Below, piece by piece: positions 9,745 to 20,733 of a DNA stretch of 64,000 bases. The DNA comes from Methanofastidiosum sp. Its GTDB lineage: Archaea > Methanobacteriota_B > Thermococci > Methanofastidiosales > Methanofastidiosaceae. Location of the stretch: assembly GCA_035362715.1 (NCBI GenBank), contig DAOSDU010000007.1:16974-80973 (forward strand), read 5' to 3'. Both the position numbers and the translations under genes were made by a program. The notes under the pieces are model-generated. The model was not told the origin of the DNA. It did not search any database and was given only the letters and a program-made list of their open reading frames with translations. Each line of letters begins with the position of its first letter. The first letter of the stretch is position 1.

Positions 9745-12582
9745 ATGGGTACCGACTTCATTACTGTAAAAGGCGCTTCAGAACACAATCTTAAAAACAT
9801 AGATGTTCAATTTCCTAGAGATAAGCTTATCGTTGTAACAGGGGTTTCAGGTTCTGGTAAATCTTCTCTTGCGTTTGATACAATTTATGCAGAAGGTCAG
9901 AGGCGTTATGTTGAATCACTTTCCGCATATGCAAGGCAATTCTTAGGGCTAATGGAAAAACCTGACGTCGAATACATCGAAGGACTATCCCCCGCAATTT
10001 CAATTGAACAAAAAACAACTTCTAAAAATCCAAGATCCACAGTCGGTACAGTCACGGAAATTTACGATTATTTAAGACTTCTTTACGCAAGGATAGGGAT
10101 CCCTTATTGTTCACGTTGCGGCAAGCAGATAAAACAACAAACAGTAACAGAGATTACTGATCAGGTTCTATCTTTTCCCGAAGGTTCAAAAGTAACTGTC
10201 TTGGCTCCCGTGGTACGTGGCAGAAAAGGAGAATATTCAACTTTACTTAAGGAAATAAATGAAGAAGGTTTTGCAAGGGCAGAAATAGATGGGGAAATCA
10301 AAGAATTAAATGTAGAAATAAGGCTTGAGAGGTACAAAAAACACGATATCAATATAATAATAGATAGACTTGTTCTGAAAGACGGAATATCTCCAAGGCT
10401 TTATGAAGATATTGAACTTGCATTGAAAAAGGGCGAAGGAATATTATTCGTGGACATTAATGATGAAAGAAAAACATTTTCTGAACACTTTGCATGTACT
10501 GATTGCGGTATTAGTTTAGAAGAAATAACTCCTAGGATGTTTTCATTTAATAGCCCATATGGGGCATGCCCTTCATGTCATGGACTTGGATTTAAGCAAG
10601 AGTTTGACCCCGATCTTATTATCCCAAACAAAGATTTATCTCTTGTGGAGGGTGCGGTTGATGTATGGAATACTAAACTAGAAGGATTTAGGAGACAGAC
10701 TCTGGAGGCCATTTCTAAAAAGTTCAATTTCAGACTCGACGTGCCTGTTAAAAATTTGTCACAAAAGCATCTTGATATTTTATTATACGGAACAACTGAC
10801 AAAGTAAGGTATAATTATCGTTCTCGAAATACGCCATCCTATTGGACATATGAAGGAACATACGAAGGTATAATCCCTTGGCTTGAGAGAGTATACCGAG
10901 AAACTGATTCTGAATATAGGAAGGAACAATTTGAGAAATACATCCGATTAAAACCATGTGAAGTATGTAAGGGTAAACGATTGAAATCTGAAGCCTTATA
11001 TGTTAAGATCCAAGGAAGTTCGATAATTGATGTAACTGAACTTCAAATTAGCAGTTGTTATAAATTTTTTATTGATCTTGAGCAAAACTTAAATGAAAAA
11101 GAGAAAATTATTTCAAAACAGATATTAAAGGAAATAAAGGCTAGATTAGGATTTCTTTTAAGCGTGGGACTTGATTACCTTACTTTAGATAGAAGAGCTG
11201 GAACTCTTTCAGGAGGAGAATCTCAAAGAATTAGACTTGCAACCCAGATAGGATCCCAGCTTGTAGGCGTTCTTTATATATTAGATGAGCCAAGTATAGG
11301 CCTTCATCAAAGAGACAATGCAAAATTGATTGTCATGTTGAAAAGATTAAGGGATATTGGAAACACAGTAATTGTCATTGAACATGATGAAGAGATGATG
11401 CTCTCTTCAGATTATCTTGTAGATATAGGGCCAGGAGCGGGCGTCCATGGAGGGGAAGTTGTTGCAGTTGGGTCTCCAGAAGAAGTTAAGCAAAATCCAG
11501 AGTCACTTACCGGGAAATATTTATCGCGAAAACTTAAAATTGACGTTCCTAAAATTAGAAAACAAAGTGATACGTTTATCACAATTAAAGGGGCAAGACA
11601 ATTTAATCTAAAGAACATCGATGTAAAAATTCCTCTTGGTTTGTTTGTATGTGTCACTGGAGTTTCAGGCAGTGGAAAAAGTACTTTGATTAATGAAATA
11701 TTGTACAAGGACCTGGCAAAGAAATTTTATAGGGCCGTAGATAATCCAGGGGATCATGATGAAATTTTGGGAATTGAAAATATTGATAAAGTGATTATTA
11801 TAGATCAAAGTCCGATAGGGAGAAGCCCTAGGTCAAATCCTGCAACATATACTGGTTTATTTACCCCCATAAGGGAGCTTTTCTCTGAACTTCCCGAATC
11901 AAAGAGGAGGGGATTTAAGAAAGGCAGATTCTCTTTTAACGTGAAAGGAGGAAGATGTGAAAATTGTAGAGGGGACGGACTAATTAAGATTGAAATGCAT
12001 TTTCTGCCTGACGTTTATGTTAAATGTGAAGAGTGCAAAGGTGAGAGGTACAACAGAGAAACTTTAACCGTCAAATATAAGGGAAAATCAATTTCTGAAG
12101 TTTTGGACATGACAGTCGAAGAAGCCTTGCACTTTTTTGAAAATATACCAACCATACGAAATAAACTCCAGACCCTTTATGATGTGGGCCTATCCTACAT
12201 TAAAGTTGGACAGCCTGCAACTACTCTTTCTGGAGGAGAAGCACAAAGAGTCAAATTGTCAAAAGAATTGTCCAAGAAAGCTACAGGAAAAACTCTTTAC
12301 ATATTGGACGAACCCACAACTGGACTCCATTTCCACGATGTTAAAAAACTACTTGATGTTCTTCTGCGTCTGAGAGAAAATGGCAATACAGTTCTCGTTA
12401 TTGAGCACAACATGGATGTAATCAAAACTGCCGATTATATAATTGACCTTGGTCCCGAAGGGGGTCAAAGAGGCGGAGAAATTTTAGTCGAAGGTACGCC
12501 CGAAGAAGTAATAAAATCTCCAAAGAGTCATACTGGAAGATTCCTAGAAGAAGTTCTAAAAAGAGACGGAGCCTTGGATTAA
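9745..12582 (+). CDS. uvrA: excinuclease ABC subunit A
   Basis: Two ABC ATPase modules ([20 protein letters not shown]); zinc-finger Cys pairs; LSGGE signatures. Confidence 0.95.
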   Translation: MGTDFITVKGASEHNLKNIDVQFPRDKLIVVTGVSGSGKSSLAFDTIYAEGQRRYVESLSAYARQFLGLMEKPDVEYIEGLSPAISIEQKTTSKNPRSTVGTVTEIYDYLRLLYARIGIPYCSRCGKQIKQQTVTEITDQVLSFPEGSKVTVLAPVVRGRKGEYSTLLKEINEEGFARAEIDGEIKELNVEIRLERYKKHDINIIIDRLVLKDGISPRLYEDIELALKKGEGILFVDINDERKTFSEHFACTDCGISLEEITPRMFSFNSPYGACPSCHGLGFKQEFDPDLIIPNKDLSLVEGAVDVWNTKLEGFRRQTLEAISKKFNFRLDVPVKNLSQKHLDILLYGTTDKVRYNYRSRNTPSYWTYEGTYEGIIPWLERVYRETDSEYRKEQFEKYIRLKPCEVCKGKRLKSEALYVKIQGSSIIDVTELQISSCYKFFIDLEQNLNEKEKIISKQILKEIKARLGFLLSVGLDYLTLDRRAGTLSGGESQRIRLATQIGSQLVGVLYILDEPSIGLHQRDNAKLIVMLKRLRDIGNTVIVIEHDEEMMLSSDYLVDIGPGAGVHGGEVVAVGSPEEVKQNPESLTGKYLSRKLKIDVPKIRKQSDTFITIKGARQFNLKNIDVKIPLGLFVCVTGVSGSGKSTLINEILYKDLAKKFYRAVDNPGDHDEILGIENIDKVIIIDQSPIGRSPRSNPATYTGLFTPIRELFSELPESKRRGFKKGRFSFNVKGGRCENCRGDGLIKIEMHFLPDVYVKCEECKGERYNRETLTVKYKGKSISEVLDMTVEEALHFFENIPTIRNKLQTLYDVGLSYIKVGQPATTLSGGEAQRVKLSKELSKKATGKTLYILDEPTTGLHFHDVKKLLDVLLRLRENGNTVLVIEHNMDVIKTADYIIDLGPEGGQRGGEILVEGTPEEVIKSPKSHTGRFLEEVLKRDGALD

Positions 12583-12735
12583 TTTCTTGGCTCAATTTAT
12601 TTATCTTTTCTAACACTCTTGATTAATCATTGATTATTAATTTTATGTAATTATTGTTTATCAATATTGTTATTTATTTTTATCAATATCGAAAGCTTTA
12701 TATAGTATTGGTGTTAGTATTGATATGCACTAGAG

Positions 12736-13152
12736 GTGATAGATATGAAAAAAATAACTGCTATATTGGTGATGGGACTTTTAATGGCCTCAATCGCCCC
12801 TATACTAGGAGAAACGTGTTCAACGGACGAACAGAATAGTAATACTGTATGTCCAAGTAACACGACATCAGCAGTATCAAAAATTGTTGCTAAGAATTTC
12901 CTTAACAACTTAAGAAAAGGTTCGATGGATTTAAACGGTAATAAGCTAGTACATTCAATATTAACCCCAATGGGAGATCTAAGATTGACCTCTCCTCAAT
13001 TACAGCAGCACTTTGGAACTTATGACTTTGCTAATGAAAGAGGCACATCAGGATGGTATTCATACGACGTTCAGCCACTAACAAGAACACAAAAAAAGTA
13101 CGAACCATCAGTACCAAGAATCTACACCACAAATACATCAGATGACGAATAA
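12736..13152 (+). CDS. secreted hypothetical protein
   Basis: N-terminal signal peptide MKKITAILVMGLLMASIAPILG. Confidence 0.45.
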   Translation: MIDMKKITAILVMGLLMASIAPILGETCSTDEQNSNTVCPSNTTSAVSKIVAKNFLNNLRKGSMDLNGNKLVHSILTPMGDLRLTSPQLQQHFGTYDFANERGTSGWYSYDVQPLTRTQKKYEPSVPRIYTTNTSDDE

Positions 13153-13188
13153 AGGAGATCATACTCCTTTATTTTTGAATTTATTTAC

Positions 13189-13695
13189 TTACCATTTATT
13201 ATAATGGATTCTATTCTCTTCAAATCTTTTTAATTGTGGCTTTCCTTCGTCAGGATAACCAATTGAAATTAGTGATACGGGAAATATGTTCTCGGGCAAA
13301 TTAAGTATTTCTTTCATGCCTTTTACCCTCTCTTCGTCAGGATAAACTCCAAGCCAGCATGCCCCAAGTCCCAGTGAATGGGCGGCTAAAAGGATATTTT
13401 CAGTTGCCGCAGAACAATCAATCGTAATAAAAATATCTTTTGTAATATTTAAGTCACCAGTAACTAGGATGGCCATTGGTGCTTCATAGAGCATCTTTGA
13501 GTTTGGATGGAAAGAAGGGATTTTATCCAATATTTTTCTATTGTCTATTAATACAAAATGCCAAGGCCTCTCATTTTTTCTTGAAGGTGCATTCATAGCA
13601 GCTTCTAGGATTTTTATTACATGGCTTTCAGGCACCTTATCTTTTTTGTATTTTCTAATGCTCCTTCTTGACATAATAACATCTAAAAAATCCAT
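13189..13695 (-). CDS. nitroreductase-family protein
   Basis: RRSIRKY motif and overall nitroreductase fold pattern. Confidence 0.75.
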   Translation of the reverse strand: MDFLDVIMSRRSIRKYKKDKVPESHVIKILEAAMNAPSRKNERPWHFVLIDNRKILDKIPSFHPNSKMLYEAPMAILVTGDLNITKDIFITIDCSAATENILLAAHSLGLGACWLGVYPDEERVKGMKEILNLPENIFPVSLISIGYPDEGKPQLKRFEENRIHYNKW

Positions 13696-13916
13696 AATAT
13701 CGCCAGAATATATACTAACAACTTATATAAAAATATAGTGTTGTAATATGATTTTTGACCGTCTAAGCCAACATACTAGTCTTATTTCATCTTTTCTTAT
13801 AAAAATTGAAATAAAACTTTTAATAAATTAGATTATTTAACAAAAATCTTTTTTTTAAATAGAAAACCTTTTTAGAACTAAAAATAATAGTATATAAGAA
13901 ACATTAAAGTGATTTT

Positions 13917-16307
13917 ATGACAAAAGAATTATCTTCAGATATGATAAGAAGAACATTTGATAAGAATAAATTAAAATGTAAAAGTAGTCAAGAAGTATCT
14001 CCTTTAGAGGATATAGTGGGTCAGGAAAGAGCATTAAAAGCGCTGAAATTCGGACTAGAGATAAAAGAGAAAGGATTTAATATTTTTGTTGCAGGTTTTC
14101 CAGGGACTGGAAAAATGACGGCAGTAAAGAGTTTTTTGGATAAACTTGCTGAAGACCAAACCGTACCTTCTGACTGGTGTTATGTTAATAATTTCTTGGA
14201 ACCATACGAACCTAAAGTCATTGAATTAAAAGCAGGCCAAGGAAGGGTCTTTCACAAAGATATGTCCAATTTCCTAAATGAAGCTAAGATTAATCTTCCA
14301 AAAGCCTTTGAAAGTGAAGATTTTGCTTTAAAGAGAGAGGCCACTATCCAGAAAATTGATGCTGAACGAAACAAAATCTTTTCCGAACTGAATAGAAAAG
14401 CAGAGAAAGAAGAATTAATTGTTCAAAGCACCCCAATGGGATTCATTTTTGTTCCTATTGTCAGTGGCAGGCCAATGACCGAGGAGGAATTTATAGCTCT
14501 AAATCCTGAAACAAAGGACGATATACAAAAAAAGAGGGATAAATTAAACTCAGAATTAAGATTAGTGTTTAGACAGCTAAAAGAGTTGGACAGTAAAACA
14601 TTTGAAGAAATAAAAGAATTAAATAAAGAAGTAGCTCTTTTTACAATGGGTCATTTGGTAGACGATTTGAATAAAAAATATTCTGATTATCCAGATATTA
14701 TAAACTATTTAAAAGAAGTACAGGAAGATATATTAGAAAATTTAGCCTTATTCTATAAGCCAAATATTCCGCAAGCTCCGGTTCAAGCGCCATGGGCAGA
14801 GGAATTGCCATTTAGGAAATATGCGGTCAATCTATTCACAGATAACTCAACACTGATGGGAAGACCAGTAGTCGTGGAGCTTAATCCAACATACCAAAAT
14901 CTCTTTGGAAGAATAGAGAAAGAAGCACAGTTCGGGATGCTCACTACTGATTTTACCATGGTAAGGGGAGGGTCAATACATAAGGCAAATGGTGGATACC
15001 TTGTAATACCCGCTGAAGAATTGGTAAAGAATCTTTTTTCATATGATGGTTTAAAAAGGGCATTAAGCAGTGAGGAAGCCATAGTTGAGGAGGCTGGAGA
15101 GCGACTTGGGTTTATCACAACAAAAGGGTTAAGGCCTGCCCCTATACCATTAAACACTAAAGTCGTTATTATTGGCAATCCAATGATATATCAGACTCTT
15201 TTTTCACTTGATCCGGATTTTAAAGAGCTCTTCAAAGTCAAGGCAGAATTTGATATTAATATGGATTTTAACGATGGCAATGTTAAAAACTATGTTTCAT
15301 TCATATGCTCGCTTTGCTCAAAAGAAAACTTATTGCACCTTGATTCTTCAGCAATAGGGAAAGTTATCGAGTATGGTGCAAGATTGGCCGATGACCAAGA
15401 GAAATTATCTACAAGATTTGCAGATATAGCGGATATTATACGTGAAGCAAACTTCTACGCTAAACAAGACAAAAATAATTTAATAAAAGACCTTCACATA
15501 GTAAAAGCTGTCGAAGAAAAAAATTATCGTTCAAATCTTATTCAAGAAAGATTAAATGAAATGGTAACACGAGGATTTTATCTTATTGAAACTGAAGGAG
15601 AAGCAGTTGGTCAAATAAACGGTCTTGCGGTATTAAGTCTAGGGGATTATGCATTTGGAAGGCCATCTAGAGTTACCGCCACTGTAAATATTGGCCGCGG
15701 GGGAATTATAGATATTGAACGTGAAGCTAAGATGGGAGGAAATATTCATTCGAAAGGAGTAATGATATTAGGCGGTTATTTGGCAGAAAACTTTGCACAA
15801 GATAAACCATTAAATCTCACTGCAAGACTCGTATTCGAACAAAACTATGAAGGTGTTGATGGGGATAGCGCATCAAGCACAGAGCTTTATGCAATATTAT
15901 CTGCTCTATCTGAAGTTCCAATAAAACAATACTTTGCGGTCACAGGGTCCGTTAATCAGAAAGGAGAGGTGCAGGCAATCGGAGGCGTTAACTACAAGAT
16001 TGAAGGTTTCTATGAAATTTGCAAGGCCAAAGGACTTAATGGAAAACAAAGTGTTTTGATTCCAAGAAGCAATGTCCAAAATTTAATGCTTAAAGAAGAG
16101 GTCGTCGAAGCTGTAAAAGACGGAAAATTCCATATATACTCAGTTGATAATATCAAGGAAGGAATTGAAATACTAACAGGAATCAAAGCTGGAGAAAAAG
16201 GACCAGACGGTAAGTATCCAGAAAATACAATTTATGGAATGGTTGACAAACGCCTCAAAAGCATGGCTGAAAAAATGGAAAAGTCTGCAGATGAGAAAGA
16301 AAAATAA
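13917..16307 (+). CDS. lon: Lon-like ATP-dependent protease (AAA+ plus S16 Ser-Lys protease domain); no LonB-type membrane insertion
   Basis: Walker A GFPGTGKMT; protease motif GDSASS…K; no hydrophobic insertion between Walker A and B. Confidence 0.8.
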   Translation: MTKELSSDMIRRTFDKNKLKCKSSQEVSPLEDIVGQERALKALKFGLEIKEKGFNIFVAGFPGTGKMTAVKSFLDKLAEDQTVPSDWCYVNNFLEPYEPKVIELKAGQGRVFHKDMSNFLNEAKINLPKAFESEDFALKREATIQKIDAERNKIFSELNRKAEKEELIVQSTPMGFIFVPIVSGRPMTEEEFIALNPETKDDIQKKRDKLNSELRLVFRQLKELDSKTFEEIKELNKEVALFTMGHLVDDLNKKYSDYPDIINYLKEVQEDILENLALFYKPNIPQAPVQAPWAEELPFRKYAVNLFTDNSTLMGRPVVVELNPTYQNLFGRIEKEAQFGMLTTDFTMVRGGSIHKANGGYLVIPAEELVKNLFSYDGLKRALSSEEAIVEEAGERLGFITTKGLRPAPIPLNTKVVIIGNPMIYQTLFSLDPDFKELFKVKAEFDINMDFNDGNVKNYVSFICSLCSKENLLHLDSSAIGKVIEYGARLADDQEKLSTRFADIADIIREANFYAKQDKNNLIKDLHIVKAVEEKNYRSNLIQERLNEMVTRGFYLIETEGEAVGQINGLAVLSLGDYAFGRPSRVTATVNIGRGGIIDIEREAKMGGNIHSKGVMILGGYLAENFAQDKPLNLTARLVFEQNYEGVDGDSASSTELYAILSALSEVPIKQYFAVTGSVNQKGEVQAIGGVNYKIEGFYEICKAKGLNGKQSVLIPRSNVQNLMLKEEVVEAVKDGKFHIYSVDNIKEGIEILTGIKAGEKGPDGKYPENTIYGMVDKRLKSMAEKMEKSADEKEK

Positions 16308-16334
16308 TCGTTATTTTAAACAGGAGGTTAAAAA

Positions 16335-16460
16335 ATGGTAAATGTAAAAGAAGTTGGGGAAATCTACAAATGTGAAATTTGTGGAAATGTTGTGGAAGTA
16401 TTGGAAGCCGGCGGCGGAGAACTAATCTGCTGTGGAGAACCAATGATTTTGCAAGAGTAG
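16335..16460 (+). CDS. desulforedoxin (stand-alone Dx domain), 41 aa; not in the ORF track
   Basis: CEICGN…CCGEP gives the Fe(Cys)4 pattern C-x2-C…CC; RBS caGGAGGt 5 nt upstream. Confidence 0.6.
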   Translation: MVNVKEVGEIYKCEICGNVVEVLEAGGGELICCGEPMILQE

Positions 16461-16469
16461 GTGACATAG

Positions 16470-16865
16470 ATGGTTAAAATCGGAGAAAAGATTCAGGAAG
16501 CAGATTGGAAAAAAGAAAAGCATGTACCAGTTATAGACTGCCCCGATTCTGTAAAAGCAAATGAGGCATTTGAAGTTAAAGTTGCCATCGGTAAAGATAT
16601 AGCTCACCCAAATACAACTGAACACCATATCAGGTGGATAATGCTTTACTATCAGCCCGAAGGTGAAAAATCTTTATATCAAGTCGGAAACTATGAGTTC
16701 ACTGCGCATGGCGAGAGTACACAAGGGCCGAATACAGGTCCAGTCTACACAAATCATGAAGTAAAAACATCTATAAAAATTGCAAAATCTGGAACCCTAT
16801 TTGCAGTTTCACTATGTAACATCCACGGCCTATGGGAATTCTCAAAAGAAGTTAAGGTTAATTAA
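16470..16865 (+). CDS. sor: superoxide reductase (neelaredoxin / desulfoferrodoxin centre II domain)
   Basis: EKHVP motif; HPNTTEHHIRWI; C-N-I-H ligand set. Confidence 0.85.
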   Translation: MVKIGEKIQEADWKKEKHVPVIDCPDSVKANEAFEVKVAIGKDIAHPNTTEHHIRWIMLYYQPEGEKSLYQVGNYEFTAHGESTQGPNTGPVYTNHEVKTSIKIAKSGTLFAVSLCNIHGLWEFSKEVKVN

Positions 16866-16936
16866 TTTTATTTTTTACCTCAATCTTTTTATAATCGACC
16901 TTCGAATTACGCATGTTAAGTGACAAGCGTGAATAA

Positions 16937-18004
16937 ATGGATAATCCTAAAAAGAATTTGATTAATGAGGACGGAATAATAAATAATTCTATGAATCTAT
17001 ATTTAAAGAATCTAAGCGCCTCTAGGTTGTATTTGTTTTTTATATCATATATAATTATATCCGCTCTAATAATATCCCTATTAAAAATCCCTGTTCAATT
17101 CATGATTCTGACGGTAGTAATAATACTTTTTGTTTCACCATTTTATTCAAGAAAAATTTACTATTCTATGATATTAATTACAGATTTAATTTCTCTGCTA
17201 CTAGTTTATAATATTTCAAATACAACCTATTTATCCATAAAACAAACTTTTCTTTTAAACTCGGTTGGAACTTTAGTTGCTGTAACCTTAATGGCAATAT
17301 TTGTGGCTGAAATACTTCATTGGTCTATCCCTAACTTGTTAAAAACTGAAGAAGCATTAAAACTAAGTGAAGAGAACTATCACGATTTAATTGAAAATGC
17401 AAACAGCATCATATTGAATTTTGATAAGAACGGGAATATTTTATCATTGAATAACTTTGGATTAAGATTTTTTGGTTATTCTGAAAAAGAGATTAATGGG
17501 AAAAATATCCTAGGAACGGTTTTACCTGAATTTGATTCAAATGGGAATGATATGAGAAACTTGGCATCTCAGATTCTTAAGAATGAAGATAAATTCAGAT
17601 CTAATTTAAATGAAAATATAAAGAAAAATGGAGAGCGAGTTTGGATATACTGGACAGATAAAATTGTAAGAAATTCAAAAGGAGAAATTGAATCTATTTT
17701 ATCAATAGGTAGCGATATAACAGAGCTTAAAATTGCACTAGGACAAATAGAGAAAAATATTCATTATTTTGCAACTAGTGTAGACCAAATAAGGAATCCT
17801 CTGGCAATAATTAGTGGTATAGCAGAATTAAAGATTCAGGACACTAAAAAATCACAAGATATACTAAAGCAGATAGATCGGATAAATGAAATAATTCTAA
17901 GACTTGACGAAGGTTGGAATGAATCAGAAGAAGTAAAAAAATTCTTGAAAAGTCGAGAAATGTTAAGTTACCTTTATGGGGAAGACAAGGAAGAGTTGAT
18001 TTGA
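16937..18004 (+). CDS. membrane PAS sensor with C-terminal DHp-like domain; no ATPase domain; His replaced by Gln at the H-box position
   Basis: N-terminal TM helices, PAS S-box region, DQIRNPLAIISG H-box-like motif; paralog of 27178..28017. Confidence 0.6.
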   Translation: MDNPKKNLINEDGIINNSMNLYLKNLSASRLYLFFISYIIISALIISLLKIPVQFMILTVVIILFVSPFYSRKIYYSMILITDLISLLLVYNISNTTYLSIKQTFLLNSVGTLVAVTLMAIFVAEILHWSIPNLLKTEEALKLSEENYHDLIENANSIILNFDKNGNILSLNNFGLRFFGYSEKEINGKNILGTVLPEFDSNGNDMRNLASQILKNEDKFRSNLNENIKKNGERVWIYWTDKIVRNSKGEIESILSIGSDITELKIALGQIEKNIHYFATSVDQIRNPLAIISGIAELKIQDTKKSQDILKQIDRINEIILRLDEGWNESEEVKKFLKSREMLSYLYGEDKEELI

Positions 18005-18934
18005 TTATCTCATCGTTATTATTAAGAAATATAAATTTGTCAAAACGGCAAAAAGTATTAATGCATTTAAGTTGTTGAAAGCTATTTTTACAGATTTTAC
18101 TCTCGAATCTTTATTCAATGCTAACGTGCTTAATAGAAGAGGAATCAATGATAGAACAGATACAACAAAGAAATTTAAATTTAATTCAAACAAATTTGTC
18201 ATTTGAAACATTATATACATCATAGTTGCAAATAGGGCTGCCAAAAATATAATTTTTAGGCTTAACTTCCTTCCATTTTTTGTCACAAAACTTTTCTTTC
18301 CACTTAAAGCGTCTGTTTCCATATCGGGTATCTCTACACTCAAAATAAAATAAATTCCATACATGAGAAGTGGAATAGTGAATAGCAAGTAATTAGTATC
18401 GATCAGGCCTTTCATCACGTAATAGCCCATCCCGGGAACTACAAAGCCTATTGCAATCATCGTGGATATCTCACCTAATCCCCTATAAGACAATCTGATG
18501 GGCGGGGCGGTGTAAAACCAACCAAGGAGATTCCCAAAAATAACATAACCCAAAAATATCAAATGATAGTTGTAGTTTACGGTGAAAATAAATCCAAGTA
18601 GAATTGAAATAAAAATTAATGATATTGCTATCAATTTGGAAGATTGCCTTAGAGATGGATCCATCTGCAATATGCCACTGCCACCACTCACAGTTGTTTT
18701 CTCGCCTAATTTATCTGCTTCAAAATCAAAGTAGTCGTTACTATATGATACAGATAAATGACCTAGAAAAAGAATCAAATATCCAAGCAAAAATTTATTT
18801 ATTTCTAGTTCGGCCCCAGTCAAAACTGCAAATAAAGCTCCAACTGAAAAAAGGAAGAATCCACCCATAACAAAGAAAAATCTGCCTAATTTTAGGATAT
18901 TGATTATTTTTTCTTGAAGAGAAAAAGAACCCAT
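18005..18934 (-). CDS. UbiA-family prenyltransferase, second copy
   Basis: NDYFDFEADKLGEK Asp-rich motif; polytopic. Confidence 0.7.
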   Translation of the reverse strand: MGSFSLQEKIINILKLGRFFFVMGGFFLFSVGALFAVLTGAELEINKFLLGYLILFLGHLSVSYSNDYFDFEADKLGEKTTVSGGSGILQMDPSLRQSSKLIAISLIFISILLGFIFTVNYNYHLIFLGYVIFGNLLGWFYTAPPIRLSYRGLGEISTMIAIGFVVPGMGYYVMKGLIDTNYLLFTIPLLMYGIYFILSVEIPDMETDALSGKKSFVTKNGRKLSLKIIFLAALFATMMYIMFQMTNLFELNLNFFVVSVLSLIPLLLSTLALNKDSRVKSVKIAFNNLNALILFAVLTNLYFLIITMR

Positions 18935-18986
18935 GTATGTATTATATATTCATTATATTTAATTATTGCGGAAAAAATAAATAATT

Positions 18987-19703
18987 TTAGATTATTTCGG
19001 CCGCTTCTAAATATTTAGTATCTTCCAGTAGTTCAATCCCCCCAACTTTTAACACTTCTTTCTTGGGAGAAAGCAAAACTACCTTATTTGAAATTTTCCT
19101 TACAAAATCAATTTCATGTGTTGATACTATCATGGTGCCTTTGTATTGATCTAAAAACTCCAATATTCTTTTTCGGGTCTTTCCGTCAATATTTGATGTA
19201 GGTTCATCTAATATCAGTAATTTTGGTTTTAATTGGAGGACGCATGCAAGTGCTACTCTCTTTTTTTCTCCGCCACTGAGTCTAAACGGGGGCTTTTCGT
19301 ATAATTTTTTTATTCCAAAGTAACTAGCATTCTCAGAAATTAGCGTTTTGGCTTTTTTATTTGAGATTCCCAATTGCATTGGGGTATATAGCAACTCATC
19401 TTCCACAGTTGGATTAAATAAAAAATCATCTGGGTTTTGAAAAAGAAATCCTATGTTTTTTCTAAAATAAAGATAATTGTCTCTAGTGATATCTTTTTCA
19501 AAAATCTTGATATCTCCTGATGTAGGCTTAATAAGACCTGCAAATAACTTTAGTAAAGTAGATTTTCCACATCCATTTGAACCCAACAAGACAACTCTTT
19601 CAGATTCTTCAATAGTTAGGCTAAAATTTTTGATCCCCACAGTTTTATCGGGATAAGCGTATTCAATATTTTTTGCTTCAATAATATTCAAATTATCATC
19701 CAC
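18987..19703 (-). CDS. cbiO: ECF transporter ATPase (cobalt)
   Basis: Walker A GSNGCGKST; LSGGEKKR; Walker B LILDEP. Confidence 0.85.
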   Translation of the reverse strand: MDDNLNIIEAKNIEYAYPDKTVGIKNFSLTIEESERVVLLGSNGCGKSTLLKLFAGLIKPTSGDIKIFEKDITRDNYLYFRKNIGFLFQNPDDFLFNPTVEDELLYTPMQLGISNKKAKTLISENASYFGIKKLYEKPPFRLSGGEKKRVALACVLQLKPKLLILDEPTSNIDGKTRKRILEFLDQYKGTMIVSTHEIDFVRKISNKVVLLSPKKEVLKVGGIELLEDTKYLEAAEII

Positions 19704-20434
19704 CCTAATGTTACCAATACAATGAAAGCCGTGAAAATTATATTGGGTATAAGTCTAAATTTAACAAATTTAACTGGATATGGCATATTGCTGTATCCTC
19801 TTGATATTCTTGCAAGATGTATATTCTCCCCTCGCTCATATACTTTAATAAAAAACATGCCTAATAGTTCTCCCCCTTCATTCCAGATTTTTCTGTAGCT
19901 TTTGTTATTGAACCTTCTACTCTCTCTTGCAATTAAAATTCTGTATAGTTCATTAAATACTAGATATGTATAACTATATGTAAAAGATAAAGTGAGAACT
20001 AATATCTCCGGTATTTTATAATATCTTAGTGATGTGAGTATTTCTTTAAAGGGAGTTATCAAAGTAAATATTATTAAAAATGATACCGCAAGACATACCC
20101 GGAAGGTAAAGAGAATTGCATACTCGAAGGAAGATATGAAAACTTGTGGCAACATAATTGTAAAAATAAATAATGGCATTAAACCTACCCTCCTAAAATA
20201 AGGCCCAAGAGGGATCTGGGATACTACAATTAATAAAAGTAAATTAAAAAAAATAAAAAATAGCTTATTTGGTGAAAATGTAGAGATACTCAGTAGAACT
20301 AGAATTAAAAATCCTATCAATCCTACCCTTGTGTCCACTAATCTTATCGGGCTTTTTACGTTTTCTTGAATAAAGAAAACTTCAAAGTATTGTGAAGCAC
20401 TTTTAAGAAGTGCTTCTACTGGCTCGTATTTCAA
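19688..20434 (-). CDS. cbiQ: ECF transporter T component
   Basis: Polytopic; operon position between cbiN and cbiO. Confidence 0.7.
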   Translation of the reverse strand: MKYEPVEALLKSASQYFEVFFIQENVKSPIRLVDTRVGLIGFLILVLLSISTFSPNKLFFIFFNLLLLIVVSQIPLGPYFRRVGLMPLFIFTIMLPQVFISSFEYAILFTFRVCLAVSFLIIFTLITPFKEILTSLRYYKIPEILVLTLSFTYSYTYLVFNELYRILIARESRRFNNKSYRKIWNEGGELLGMFFIKVYERGENIHLARISRGYSNMPYPVKFVKFRLIPNIIFTAFIVLVTLGWMII

Positions 20435-20733
20435 TTCCTTCGACCTTTAATTGCCATGGTAACTCCTAGCATGATTATAAGAGTTACTATAGATCCTACT
20501 AGGCCAGCTAAAAAGGTACCAAAGGGTGAATCTATCCCAGGCACCGAATAGTCTGGCAGGATACCGCCATAAATTGGACTTTCTTCTGCCCCAAGATGTT
20601 CTGCGGACTTTTCCAAGGGCTCAGAATATCCTACAGCATCAGCTGCTAAAGCAAATAGAGGAGATAGTATTATGGCAACTAAGATTACTAGTAATGCTTG
20701 TTTATGTTCTATAACAAAATTTTTGAAGTTCAT
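20431..20733 (-). CDS. cbiN: cobalt transport protein CbiN
   Basis: 100 aa, two TM helices, between cbiM and cbiQ with 4-bp overlaps. Confidence 0.7.
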   Translation of the reverse strand: MNFKNFVIEHKQALLVILVAIILSPLFALAADAVGYSEPLEKSAEHLGAEESPIYGGILPDYSVPGIDSPFGTFLAGLVGSIVTLIIMLGVTMAIKGRRN

